Shown in pieces: positions 40,101-48,752 of a DNA stretch of 56,751 nucleotides (position 1 is its first letter; every line of letters begins with the position of its first letter). Source of the stretch: a candidate division FCPU426 bacterium (GTDB lineage: Bacteria; Oederibacteriota; Muellerivitia; Muellerivitales; Muellerivitaceae); the NCBI GenBank assembly GCA_963830915.1, contig CAWHOE010000059.1, positions 1-56,751 on the forward strand, given 5' to 3'. The translations under genes were made by a program, and so were the position numbers. The notes beneath the pieces were generated by a model. It was not told the DNA's origin. It did no database searches and worked only from the letters and a program-made list of their open reading frames with translations.

Positions 40101-40539
40101 CTTTACCGGCCGTGAAGAAGTACTCGTAGTCCGCGTAATCCTTCACCGAATCCTTCTGGATGACGACCTTGTAATTCTTCCCATCACCCTTGGCGTAGAA
40201 CTGGATGCCCTTGAAGGCTTTCAGGTCCTTGGGGCCATTGGAAGGGTCCAGGGCGATGGACAACTGGGCGTAGGGCCAGGGCGCCTGGTTCTTCCCATAA
40301 TGTCCCTTGATGTGGGCGCAGGCCTTGGGCGAGAAGGGCGATCCACCCTTCTCCACGGCGAAGGGCAAGGGGGCCAGGGTGGTACCCAGTTTGTTGTTAT
40401 CGCAGCCGGTCCACCATCCCGTTCCCGTGCCGGTCTGCATGCCGTCGAAATCATCGATCTTCCAAAGGGAATCCCCGGCGAATGATCGTCCCGAAACCAT
40501 GAAAGTCAGCAGCCAAAACCATATCAGAAAGTTCCGCAT
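37189..40539 (-). CDS. Secreted modular glycoside hydrolase: CIA30/CBM11-like domain + clan GH-A catalytic domain
   Basis: Signal peptide from ATG 40539 (GGAG RBS); DL..FKGIQFYAKGDG..Y, W..VTIPF..F.QP.WG; RFWG.N, G.N..R.HHMD, MNED acid/base, IVTEW nucleophile. Confidence 0.8.
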   Translation of the reverse strand: MRNFLIWFWLLTFMVSGRSFAGDSLWKIDDFDGMQTGTGTGWWTGCDNNKLGTTLAPLPFAVEKGGSPFSPKACAHIKGHYGKNQAPWPYAQLSIALDPSNGPKDLKAFKGIQFYAKGDGKNYKVVIQKDSVKDYADYEYFFTAGKDWTLVTIPFNQFSQPSWGKPVPPGFSDATVLKFCPSVNDADFDLSIDDVAFVRDPAQKADLGTSSSDITELSLKQILDRHPSCQTISLASAADRNFKDDPQGAGPGWTGQGENSVYDMAFGTQLLQGIPFDISSTPNHQCVVLRGQNNAAYPTTVDIPVNGKGKALYFLQGAAWAAPHVGNYRVTYGDGSTVDIPIRNNVEIFDWWTPGTSAVARVGWTGANPKKDPVALTLFAWANPYPDKIITQVTASTAGDGSYLMLAGLTLGQDGPYLVKLEPKVYDTKDWFAYQDVDVKAQKGTALDMSGLLDGPAGKHGRVKTQGDRFVFADGTPARFWGLNVVASANFPTHEQADWMAQTLAQMGCNMTRHHHMDAPWTNRNIFGNKDNTQTLDPESMDRFDYLVAQLQKRGIYQYFDMIVHRKAMASDGVKDPDTVPNGFKIEGEFDPKLIELEEGFIRQFLGHKNPYTGKTYAEDPSVCLMEVMNEDSLFYRSGDLGDFGIPSPAYRSEFNALFNQWLLKKFKTRKTLEARWAAKTGELGNRALGKDEDPKKGTVEVIGNWQDDSYKAYTRQRALDTFHFYYDTQLNYYRTIREFVRGLGCKSLMTGSNHWTDIPADLYANSQMDYIDRHNYWANIEGGYGYSPSVTFDPRSMLRDSKGGLMDPLGKKRVKGMPYIVTEWQSCAPNDYRHEAELLFSAYCDLQGWNALEFAFSHSDTFDGPLDNNFNVDNQPGQKGLWPATALLFHRHDVKEASDEFFAPMTPEEALDPASKLDLDPQLSLVAKTGIAFTDQKNQLLDPKQLLVSHSRNKVVTSDTGEVVLDYGNGILKLDTPRTQGFSGFTKGVPQSATNLEVTLKNDYGTVVASSLEDKPLGETGHILVSAIGNAINTGMETVPAGNKLKSPGSLPVLVEPMVGKVRLTQMTGDLDKVKVYALDPSGRRTSDVSFDRDGQTLTFEMRPGYKTMFYEITR

Positions 40540-40576
40540 CGAGGGTCTCCTTGGGTTGATTGGACGGCGGTCAACC

Positions 40577-42073
40577 ATGTTACAATACGGCCGAATTGTT
40601 GAAGAACATCTTTCTTCGGGAGTTTTTGTGGCCTCCTCCTCATTCCATCGCCCGGCGGAAGTCCCGCCCGAAATAGCCTTTATCGCCATTCCCAAGGCCC
40701 TCGCCCAATTCCATCACCTGCCCCTGCATGTCCCTGTGTGGCTCCACAAGCAGGATGAAGTGAAGAAGAATGGTTATGATTTCAAGGACGCCATGGGAGT
40801 GATGGAAACCCTGCTAGTGGAAGCTCCCCAGGTGCCGGGCGCCTATCTTTACCAATTGTTCGTCAAGAAGTGGCCCAAGCTGATGGAAGTGAACGCTTAT
40901 TTCGCCTCCAACCGGATCGCTGAGGCCATCCCCAAGCTGGTGTCCATCCTGGAGATCGATCCCGAGTGTCCCCTCACCTGTTTCCAGCTGGGCTATTGTT
41001 TCCGGGCCACGGGCGAGCTGGAAAAATCCGAATCCTTCTACCGCCAGGCCCTCCGCATGGCGCCGGATGCCGGATGGATCTACAGCAACCTGGGCCGGAC
41101 CTGCCTGGCCATGGGCGACAAGGCGAAGGCTATCGAAGCCTTTTGGAAGGCCTTGGAACTGATGCCGGGGGACCATTTCGTGTTGGAGCAGTTGGTGGGC
41201 TTGAGGGAGTTATATGTCCTGGCCTCGGGCGGCGAGGATGAGGATTCGTCCCTTTTCGTGAAGCGCACGGACTACGAGAAAAAAATGCTGGGCCTCCTTA
41301 AGAAGGAGAACGCGCCGGGTAAATTACTGGGGCTGGGATGGAAACTGCTCCAGGACCATCTGGTCGACCTGGCCTGCCAATGTTTCGAGAAGGCCCATCA
41401 GGCTGATCCCTCCCCTGAAGAGGCCCTTCTAGGGCTGGGTATCGCCCACCTGGAAGCGGGACGCACCAAAGAGGCTGAACATTACCTGGTGGAATACCTG
41501 GACCTGAACCCCGGTTCGGCGACAGGCCACTTGAACCTTTTCAAGGCTTACCTGGCCCAGGATGAGATGGACCTGGCCTGGGAGGAGATCCAGACGGCGG
41601 TAAGCCTGGAGCCGGACCGCTCCGACACATTGCGCCAGCTCTTCCATTTGTTCCGCGAGACGGATCGGGAAGAGGAAGGACTGGAGTGGATGGAAAAACT
41701 GGCCCAAGAAAATCAGGACAGCTTCGCCCCGCTCTTGATCCGAGCCCAGGCTTTCGCTCAAAACGACCAATGGGACAAGGCGGAGTCGGACCTAAGGGAA
41801 GCCTTGAAACGGTCCCCTCATAACGAGGAAGCTTTGCTCTATTACACATCTGAGCTTGGCAAACGGGGGCTCAAGGAAGATCTCATCCAGTTGGTCCTGG
41901 CTGAGCCCAAACCCCTGCCCCTTTCCTTGACCATCAACCTGGCCCTGGCCTATAGCCAGACAGGACGGATCGAGGAAGGTCGTAAGACGCTCATGGAATT
42001 CCTCGACCGGCCCGGCATCCAGCGATTGGAAAAGATCAGGGCCGAAGCCATCCTGAAAGAATTCGAGAAATAG
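40577..42073 (+). CDS. Tetratricopeptide-repeat protein
   Basis: Multiple TPR units (LG...G...A...Y..AL...P); true start uncertain (ATG 40577 or a nearby GTG). Confidence 0.85.
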   Translation: MLQYGRIVEEHLSSGVFVASSSFHRPAEVPPEIAFIAIPKALAQFHHLPLHVPVWLHKQDEVKKNGYDFKDAMGVMETLLVEAPQVPGAYLYQLFVKKWPKLMEVNAYFASNRIAEAIPKLVSILEIDPECPLTCFQLGYCFRATGELEKSESFYRQALRMAPDAGWIYSNLGRTCLAMGDKAKAIEAFWKALELMPGDHFVLEQLVGLRELYVLASGGEDEDSSLFVKRTDYEKKMLGLLKKENAPGKLLGLGWKLLQDHLVDLACQCFEKAHQADPSPEEALLGLGIAHLEAGRTKEAEHYLVEYLDLNPGSATGHLNLFKAYLAQDEMDLAWEEIQTAVSLEPDRSDTLRQLFHLFRETDREEEGLEWMEKLAQENQDSFAPLLIRAQAFAQNDQWDKAESDLREALKRSPHNEEALLYYTSELGKRGLKEDLIQLVLAEPKPLPLSLTINLALAYSQTGRIEEGRKTLMEFLDRPGIQRLEKIRAEAILKEFEK

Positions 42074-42074
42074 T

Positions 42075-42542
42075 TTGAAACGAGAAAAGGCCCTCTGGCC
42101 GCTCTCCCAGGGACATCATCGAGGTTTGGTGGCGGCCAGGAACATCAAGAATCGCCTGGAACAATTGACCGAAAGGAACCGGGAGGAAAGACTTTCCCGC
42201 CTGCGTGAGGAAGTCCAAGCTTTCTGGGACTCCGAATTAGAAGGCCATTTTTGGGCCGAGGAAAAGATCCTCGAGATGTTCGCTTCCCATGTCGGCCCGC
42301 AGGATGAGGGGATCGGACGGATCCTCCAGGAACATCGGCAAATGGAAGGATGGATCAGGGACGGAGGGGAAAAGGAATTGGGACAGCTTTCCGAACTTCT
42401 GGTCAGTCATATTCGTTACGAAGAAGATTCTTTATTCGGGAGGATCGAGGGGGTGTTCGATCAGGAAGAATTCGATAAGACCATCCAGATACTGGCTGAG
42501 GCGACGCCCAAGGTGATCCATATCCCTGGACCAGCTCTTTAG
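42075..42542 (+). CDS. Hemerythrin-like HHE domain protein
   Basis: LS..HH.GL, HFWAEE, EH, HIRYEE..LF. Confidence 0.85.
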   Translation: MKREKALWPLSQGHHRGLVAARNIKNRLEQLTERNREERLSRLREEVQAFWDSELEGHFWAEEKILEMFASHVGPQDEGIGRILQEHRQMEGWIRDGGEKELGQLSELLVSHIRYEEDSLFGRIEGVFDQEEFDKTIQILAEATPKVIHIPGPAL

Positions 42543-42552
42543 TTATAAGGGG

Positions 42553-43020
42553 CTATTCGTCGTTTTTTTTACAGAAAAGGCTGTCCAACTGGGCGAAGTT
42601 GGAAGGGGCCAGCAAGGCTCCCAGGCCCATGACGAGAAAAACCAGATCCCTTACCACCGTCCACCAGGTGGTCTTTTCGGTGGAATCCATCGAGAAACAT
42701 CCGCAGTTCATTTCCACCCCGTGCAAAAGGTTCCAGCTCAACGAGAATGTATAGACCGCCATCAAGGCGCAGAAGACCAGGGCCGCGCCGCGCCATTGGA
42801 GACCCAGGACCAGGCAAACCCCGGTGAAGAATTCCAGCCAGGGGATGACCACAGCGGCCAGGGGAACGAGGGATAAGGGAAGGATGTGGTAGCCTTCCAC
42901 CACATGGGTGAATTTGGCCGCGTCGCCCAGCTTGTCCTGGCTGGCCACCAGCACCACGATCCCGCAGGCCACCCGTAAAAGGGTCCAGAGCGCCTTTTTC
43001 CAGTCGAAGGAAGGGTTCAT
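42553..43020 (-). CDS. MauE/DoxX-family membrane protein
   Basis: PWLEF..G..L, MNCGCF, VVRD. Confidence 0.88.
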   Translation of the reverse strand: MNPSFDWKKALWTLLRVACGIVVLVASQDKLGDAAKFTHVVEGYHILPLSLVPLAAVVIPWLEFFTGVCLVLGLQWRGAALVFCALMAVYTFSLSWNLLHGVEMNCGCFSMDSTEKTTWWTVVRDLVFLVMGLGALLAPSNFAQLDSLFCKKNDE

Positions 43021-43649
43021 GGATTCATCCCCGTCGCCGCGGCGTACCCAGCCTTGTTCCATCCCGGCCAGCCGTCCTCGAAAACCTCCACGCGTTTATA
43101 TCCTTGGTCGACCAGAAGTTGGGCGATCTCCATCGAAAGGGTGCAGTCCCCGCCGCTGCAATAGACGATGATCTCCCGGGTTTTATCGGGGAGCTGGGGC
43201 ATGACCTGGGGAGCGTACTTATCCGCGTCGTTGGCGGGGAAATTCAAGGAGCCGGGGATATGACCCTGGGCGTAAAGGTCCGGGTTACGGGCGTCCAGGA
43301 AAACCGCGGTCTTTTGGTCGAAACGTTTTTTCACTCCCGAGAGGCTTAGATGCAGGATCGAGGAAGAGCCGGCATGGGTCGAAGCCGCCGGTTTTACGGC
43401 AGAGGAAGGCGCGGTGTTCCAGCCGGCGTAACTGGCGGGGGTCGCCGGTGTTTTGTCCTTGAGGATGTCGTTCAGGAATTTTGGTTTTGAGGGGGAATAT
43501 CTCAGTTCGATCCCGTCGGTATAAAAAGCGTTGAACAGGATGGCGAAAGCGGCGGAAAAGACGAAGAGGTTCCAGGCGCGGACGACCGTTCCCAGGGTTG
43601 GGATGAAGAAGCGTTGAGATGGATGGGGTAACTGATTTTTTGAGCTCAT
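43017..43649 (-). CDS. Membrane-anchored rhodanese-domain protein
   Basis: N-terminal TM; FLDAR, GHIPGS, VYCSGGDC, GWPGW. Confidence 0.88.
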   Translation of the reverse strand: MSSKNQLPHPSQRFFIPTLGTVVRAWNLFVFSAAFAILFNAFYTDGIELRYSPSKPKFLNDILKDKTPATPASYAGWNTAPSSAVKPAASTHAGSSSILHLSLSGVKKRFDQKTAVFLDARNPDLYAQGHIPGSLNFPANDADKYAPQVMPQLPDKTREIIVYCSGGDCTLSMEIAQLLVDQGYKRVEVFEDGWPGWNKAGYAAATGMNP

Positions 43650-43784
43650 GGCTTTTATTATGGAGGGGGATGGACGGCATTTTCAACAAATACCCGTTTA
43701 GCCGGTTCCCTATATATTGAACGAATACCAAACATTGTGGTTTTTTTCGGGGAAGCATGAATCTTCCCCGAGTTTTCATGTAGA

Positions 43785-44915
43785 ATGACCCAACCTGATG
43801 GAGGAAACCAAGAACCCTTGAAGATCACCAAACAGAACATATTCGTCATCGCCTTTTTCGTCCTTTTGATAGGTCTCCTGAGCCTACTATTCACCATCCT
43901 GGAGCCGTTCCTGAGGGCCTTTGTCTGGGCCACTATCCTGGTGATGGTGTTCTATCCCCTTTATTCACTCTTTCTGCGGATGACCAAAGGAAACAGCACC
44001 ATCTCCGCCCTATTCAGCACCCTGGTGGTGTTAGGTTTCCTGGCCTTGCCTGGCTTTTTTGTGGTGGTCAACCTGGGTCGTGAATTGCCCCGAGCCTATA
44101 ACTTCCTGTCCACTTCCCAATGGGACGAGAAAAGTCTTTGGTTGTTGGACAAAATGAAGAATATCAACCTGGGAAGCTGGCTTCAGTCCTGGGGTATCGA
44201 TCCCAATCAGATGGAAACGGTCCTGGAGAAAAAAGTCGCCGATATCCTGCAATCCCTATCCCAGACAGTCCTGGTAAAAATATCCTATGTGTTCGATAAC
44301 CTGGCGAGTTTCGTGCTAGAAGCGATCTTTGTGGCGGTCGCGCTATTTTTCTTTTTCCGGGACGGTTCCAGGCTGGCCCTGAAAGTCATCGAGTTCCTTC
44401 CTTTAGAGGAGGTCCATCGGGATAAAGTGGTCCGTACCTTCTCAGTGACCGTCACCGCGGTAGTGCGGGCCATCTTTCTGACGGCGCTTCTTCAGGGGTC
44501 CCTGGCCTGCATGGGTTTTGTCGTGGCCGGCGTCCCTGTCCCCTATCTTCTGGGGTTGATCGCTTTCGTGAACTCCTTCATCCCCTTCCTGGGCGCGGCC
44601 TCGGTCTGGATCCCGGTGGCGTTCTGGCTTTATTTCTTCCAAGGACAACCAGGCGTCGCTTTGGGGTTGACCCTCTGGGGAGTTGTCATCACCATCATCG
44701 ATCATGTCCTACGGCCATGGCTCATCGGCAACGAGGCCAAGCTTCCTATATTCTGGCTTTTCTTCACTACCATCGGCGGGTTGAAAGTATACGGTTTGTT
44801 GGGAATATTTTTGGGTCCGATCATCTTGTCATTAGGAATGGCGTTCCTCGCCATTTACCGAGAGATTTATTTGACGATGAAGAAGCCCGCTACTTCCAAG
44901 CGCGCGCATCGCTGA
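43785..44915 (+). CDS. AI-2E family transporter
   Basis: FFFFRDG, IPFLGA..VWIP, DHVLRP, GG...YG..G.FLGP. Confidence 0.92.
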   Translation: MTQPDGGNQEPLKITKQNIFVIAFFVLLIGLLSLLFTILEPFLRAFVWATILVMVFYPLYSLFLRMTKGNSTISALFSTLVVLGFLALPGFFVVVNLGRELPRAYNFLSTSQWDEKSLWLLDKMKNINLGSWLQSWGIDPNQMETVLEKKVADILQSLSQTVLVKISYVFDNLASFVLEAIFVAVALFFFFRDGSRLALKVIEFLPLEEVHRDKVVRTFSVTVTAVVRAIFLTALLQGSLACMGFVVAGVPVPYLLGLIAFVNSFIPFLGAASVWIPVAFWLYFFQGQPGVALGLTLWGVVITIIDHVLRPWLIGNEAKLPIFWLFFTTIGGLKVYGLLGIFLGPIILSLGMAFLAIYREIYLTMKKPATSKRAHR

Positions 44916-45003
44916 TTTTTACCCTTCCAGATAATCCGTCTTGCAATCACGCTGAGAAACACCAAGAATATCCTGTGGATAGATTCTTCAAAGGGGGGCG
45001 TCC

Positions 45004-46125
45004 ATGCGTTATCGTTCGCTTGGTTCAACAGGGCTGAAAGTCAGTGAGATCGGTTTCGGGGCCTGGGCCATCGGGGGAGCCTGGTGGGGCCCTCAGGATG
45101 ATACCGATTCCCGTCTGGCGCTTCACAAGTCGCTGGACATGGGCTGCAACTTCATCGACACCGCCTGGGTCTACGGGGACGGGCATAGCGAGAAACTGAT
45201 CGGGTCGGTCCTCAAGGAACGCTCTGAACATCCGGTCATCGCCACCAAAGTACCCCCGAAGAACTGGCAGTGGGATAACAAACCCGGGACACCCCTTCAA
45301 GACGCGTTCCCATCCGAATGGGTCGTTGCCAAGACCGAGGAATCCCTTAAGCACTTGGGTGTGGAATGCGTGGAAGTGCTGCAGCTCCACACGTGGCTGG
45401 AAGAATGGAACAGCCAAGCTGAACCCCTGTTGAACGCTGTTCAGAAGCTGAAAAAAGAAGGAAAGATCCGGGCCTTTGGGATATCGCTCCGCGACAAGGG
45501 ATCGGAAGAAGCGAACGACCTCATCAAATGGAGACAGGTGGATACTTTGCAGATCTTCTTCAATCTTTTTTACCAGGACCCCATCTGGAAGGTCTTTCCC
45601 CTGGCGAAAGAATACGGGGTGGGTGTCATCGCCAGGGTGCCCCTGGCTTTCGGGGCCTTAAGCGGAAAATTCACGGCGAAAACAACATTCGTGGGTGATG
45701 ACCATCGCCGCCGTTTGTATGAAGGCGAGAACCTAAAAACGACCTTGAAAAAAGTGGAGAAATTGAAGTTCCTGGCCTCCAAGACCATGCCCTTGGCGGA
45801 GGCGGCCATCAAATGGACGCTCGCCTATCCGGCGGTCTCCACCGCCATCCCGGGCATTCGGAACCTTCGACAGGCCCAGCTCAATTGCGCGGCGGGGGAT
45901 GGACCGATCCTGGCCAAGGCCTTTGCCCAAAAGGTGGAAAAACTTTATCGTTCCAATTTCGGCCTTCCCATCGCCAAGGTCGCGACCGAAGAGGGGATCC
46001 CGGCGGTGATGATGTCGGGGGTCAAGGTGGCGAAAGCCACGACCGTGAGACCCAAGGCGAAAAAGAAAATTATCCATAAAGTTCGAAAGATGGTCAAAAA
46101 ATCCAAAAAGAAAAAGAGAAAATGA
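45004..46125 (+). CDS. Aldo/keto reductase with Lys-rich C-terminal tail
   Basis: LG.TGLKVSEIGFG, FIDTAWVYG.G.SE, IATK, LQLH, IARVPLA.G. Confidence 0.93.
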   Translation: MRYRSLGSTGLKVSEIGFGAWAIGGAWWGPQDDTDSRLALHKSLDMGCNFIDTAWVYGDGHSEKLIGSVLKERSEHPVIATKVPPKNWQWDNKPGTPLQDAFPSEWVVAKTEESLKHLGVECVEVLQLHTWLEEWNSQAEPLLNAVQKLKKEGKIRAFGISLRDKGSEEANDLIKWRQVDTLQIFFNLFYQDPIWKVFPLAKEYGVGVIARVPLAFGALSGKFTAKTTFVGDDHRRRLYEGENLKTTLKKVEKLKFLASKTMPLAEAAIKWTLAYPAVSTAIPGIRNLRQAQLNCAAGDGPILAKAFAQKVEKLYRSNFGLPIAKVATEEGIPAVMMSGVKVAKATTVRPKAKKKIIHKVRKMVKKSKKKKRK

Positions 46126-46682
46126 TCAAACCCTGGAAAAAATTAGAACAAAAGGTCGCCTATGATTGCGGATTCTTCCAGGTCCGGATCCAGCAAAGCG
46201 CCTCGCCGCTTACGGGAAAGTCCCATCCTTTCTATATCCTGGACACCCATAATTGGACCAACATCATCGCGATAACCCCCCAAAAAAAGGTCCTATTCGT
46301 GAGCCAGTTCCGGCATGGGACGGGGCAGGTCAGCCTGGAGATCCCGGGCGGCGCGGTGGACAAGAAGGACAAGGATGTGGAAGCGGCGGCCCGGCGTGAA
46401 CTGTTGGAAGAAACGGGACACCTGGCCAGTGAGTGGCATTTGCTGGGCCATGTCAGCCCGAACCCGGCTATCCTCAACAACGAGTGTTATTTTTATCTGG
46501 CCCTGAACGCGCAAAAGGTCTCCGCCCTCAAGCTTGATGAGGCGGAAGAATTGGAAGTCAGTGAGATCGACCTGGCCGCGGTGCCGGACCTGATCCTGGA
46601 CCACAAGATCGAGCACGCTTTGGTGGTGGCCGCCTTCCATTACCTGGAACTCTACCGCCAAAAGAACCGGGGCAAGATCTGA
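46122..46682 (+). CDS. NUDIX hydrolase (ADP-ribose pyrophosphatase-like)
   Basis: Nudix box GGAVD......AARRELLEETG. Confidence 0.92.
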   Translation: MIKPWKKLEQKVAYDCGFFQVRIQQSASPLTGKSHPFYILDTHNWTNIIAITPQKKVLFVSQFRHGTGQVSLEIPGGAVDKKDKDVEAAARRELLEETGHLASEWHLLGHVSPNPAILNNECYFYLALNAQKVSALKLDEAEELEVSEIDLAAVPDLILDHKIEHALVVAAFHYLELYRQKNRGKI

Positions 46683-46832
46683 CCCCTCCGGGGGAAAAAG
46701 CCTAATTTATCGGACTCTTTTTGATAATAATTATCATTAGGCCTACTTGAAGTGTTTTTTAAAGAAGTGTAATGTGAAAACAGTTAGGGAAAACCGTATC
46801 GTTCCCGATTTTATATTTACAAGAGGTGCCTC

Positions 46833-47426
46833 ATGTCACGCATTTGCGTTTTCATCGACGGAAGCAATCTTTATTTCGCCTTGAAGCGTAACAACAAGAT
46901 GACCCGGGTGGATTATTACCAATTCTCCCTGGCCCTTTGCGGCGACCGCCGCAAGCTGGTCCGGACCTACTATTACAACGCGGTCTTCGATGCCACCCAT
47001 TTTTCCGACAAGGCCAAGAGCCAGCAGTCCTTCTTTGATTCCCTGGACCGGACCCCCTACCTGGAGCTGCGGTTGGGGCGCATCATCCAGAACCGGGAAG
47101 GGCACCGCATGGAAAAGGGCGTGGATGTCCGCATGGCCGCTGACATGGTCTACTACGCGGCCCGCGATTTCTACGACACCGCCATTGTCGTGACCGAGGA
47201 CCAGGATTTCTCTCCCGCCATGGGCCTGGTCAAGGAACTGGGAAAACACGTGGAATTGGCTGTCTTCCCGGACGCCCAAAGCCGCGAGATGATCCGCACC
47301 GCCGACCGCATCCTGAACCTGGATGAGATCGTGAATGCCCACGCCGCGCATGTATTCCCGCCGTCCCAGCCCAGCGAGGAGAAGGCTCCCGCGGGCGCCG
47401 ACGAGGAGATGGCTTACGGCGTTTGA
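46833..47426 (+). CDS. NYN domain protein (LabA/DUF88, PIN-like)
   Basis: FIDGSNL, EKGVDV.MA.D, TEDQDF. Confidence 0.92.
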   Translation: MSRICVFIDGSNLYFALKRNNKMTRVDYYQFSLALCGDRRKLVRTYYYNAVFDATHFSDKAKSQQSFFDSLDRTPYLELRLGRIIQNREGHRMEKGVDVRMAADMVYYAARDFYDTAIVVTEDQDFSPAMGLVKELGKHVELAVFPDAQSREMIRTADRILNLDEIVNAHAAHVFPPSQPSEEKAPAGADEEMAYGV

Positions 47427-47446
47427 TCCGTAAAATAGCCTAAAAT

Positions 47447-47481
47447 AAAAAAGGAAGCTCCGATGGGGGCTTCCTTTTTTT
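47447..47481. terminator. Bidirectional Rho-independent terminator
   Basis: AAAAAAGGAAGCTCC GATG GGGGCTTCCTTTTTTT between convergent genes. Confidence 0.85.
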
Positions 47482-47528
47482 ATGTCTTCAAGCGTCTACG
47501 GGGATATTTTTCTGCGCGCAAGTCCTCT

Positions 47529-48029
47529 CTAAACCAAGCGCTCGTTCCGGTAATAAAAATAGAGATTCGGCTCACGACCCATAGATTTCTGCATTTGTTC
47601 TCGTATCTTTCCGCAGGTTTCCAGGAACCGGTTGGTAGAATCCGCGACTTTGTCTTCGGGTATCAACCGAAGCCATTGCAGTTCATCATCCCAATAGGCT
47701 TGGGGCAACTCCCCTGCCGGCACCGAACGATCCTTCAGGAAACGTAAAAATTCCGAGAGGTCCTGGGGAAGCCGGACCCGAAGAAAAGTCCCTTCCGGCC
47801 AAATCAGAAAATCCAACAGTTCATAGCGGCCTAACAGTTCGCCCTGCAGGAGGGTTTGCACGAGACGGTGGGCGCCCGGAAGGTCCCTCAGCCAATTGGA
47901 ATGGGGAACGGTCCTTAGGCCGACCTCGTAAAGACGGCCGGATCGGGAGGGAATTCCATAGGTGAAAGGTATTTCCTGAAGCAGGGAACAAGAAACATCC
48001 AATACTCCATGAACGATGGGATCGATCAA
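47529..48029 (-). CDS. Hypothetical protein resembling a catalytically inactive Y1/HUH (IS200/RAYT-like) transposase
   Basis: GRLYEVGLRT, YELLDFLIWPEGTFL, DLSEFLRFLKDRS and AYWDD line up with Y1 motifs, but the HUH histidines and catalytic Tyr are absent. Confidence 0.55.
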   Translation of the reverse strand: MIDPIVHGVLDVSCSLLQEIPFTYGIPSRSGRLYEVGLRTVPHSNWLRDLPGAHRLVQTLLQGELLGRYELLDFLIWPEGTFLRVRLPQDLSEFLRFLKDRSVPAGELPQAYWDDELQWLRLIPEDKVADSTNRFLETCGKIREQMQKSMGREPNLYFYYRNERLV

Positions 48030-48038
48030 GAACCAGAT

Positions 48039-48656
48039 TTATCGAGGACTGAAAACCCCGACGACCTTGCCGATGATGCGGAAGTCCTGATCCTCAGTCA
48101 CGATGATGGGGTCGTATTTGGGGTTCGCCGGTTCCAGGACGACCTTGTTGGAGGTCCGTTTGAAGGTCTTGACCGTGGCCTCGCCGTCGATGAGTGCCAC
48201 CACGATCTCTCCAGAGGAAGCGTGGGTGGTTTGCTGAACAATGACCTTGTCCCCCGGTAAAATATGCTCATTCAACATGGAATCGCCGCGCACGGTCAGG
48301 GCAAAAAGGGTTTTCCCGCCCCGGGCCATGGAAGGGTCGATCACCATACTGCCTTCCCGATTTTCTTCCGCCAGCAGGGGAGCGCCCGCCGCGACCTTCC
48401 CTAATATAGGAATGGAAATGCCCACGGAGGAGTCGTCCGAAAGTTTCAGACCCCTGGCCGTGTGTTCCTCACGTTCTAAATATCCTTTTTCCTCCAAGGC
48501 CAACAGATGCTTGCGGGCGCTCTGGGGGGAGTTCCATTTGAAATGCCTCATCACCTCGCGCACGGTGGGCGGCCGGTGGAATTCCATCAAGTGATTCTGC
48601 ACGTGCTCGAGCACCAGCCGCTGGATGTCGGTGAGCGTTTCTTCGGACGGCGCCAT
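48039..48656 (-). CDS. lexA: SOS repressor LexA
   Basis: PPTVRE HTH, VAAG cleavage site, GDSM catalytic Ser, ATVK catalytic Lys. Confidence 0.97.
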   Translation of the reverse strand: MAPSEETLTDIQRLVLEHVQNHLMEFHRPPTVREVMRHFKWNSPQSARKHLLALEEKGYLEREEHTARGLKLSDDSSVGISIPILGKVAAGAPLLAEENREGSMVIDPSMARGGKTLFALTVRGDSMLNEHILPGDKVIVQQTTHASSGEIVVALIDGEATVKTFKRTSNKVVLEPANPKYDPIIVTEDQDFRIIGKVVGVFSPR

Positions 48657-48686
48657 GGGTTTCTCCCTGAAAATTTTTTTCTGGAA

Positions 48687-48724
48687 AAGAATACTCTTGT
48701 ATACTAGTATACGAGTGTATTCTT
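48687..48724. promoter_or_regulatory. 38-bp palindrome with two ATAC-N4-GTAT boxes; candidate LexA operator
   Basis: AAGAATACTCTTGTATACTAGTATACGAGTGTATTCTT in the lexA/radC divergent region. Confidence 0.7.
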
Positions 48725-48752
48725 CGTCAAGCGAAAAAACGGGAGAAAAACC

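Noticed and set aside
40540..40695. N-terminal extensions of ORFs 37189-40695 and 40307-42073
   Set aside because: They overlap each other; better starts exist at 40539 (RBS plus signal peptide) and about 40577
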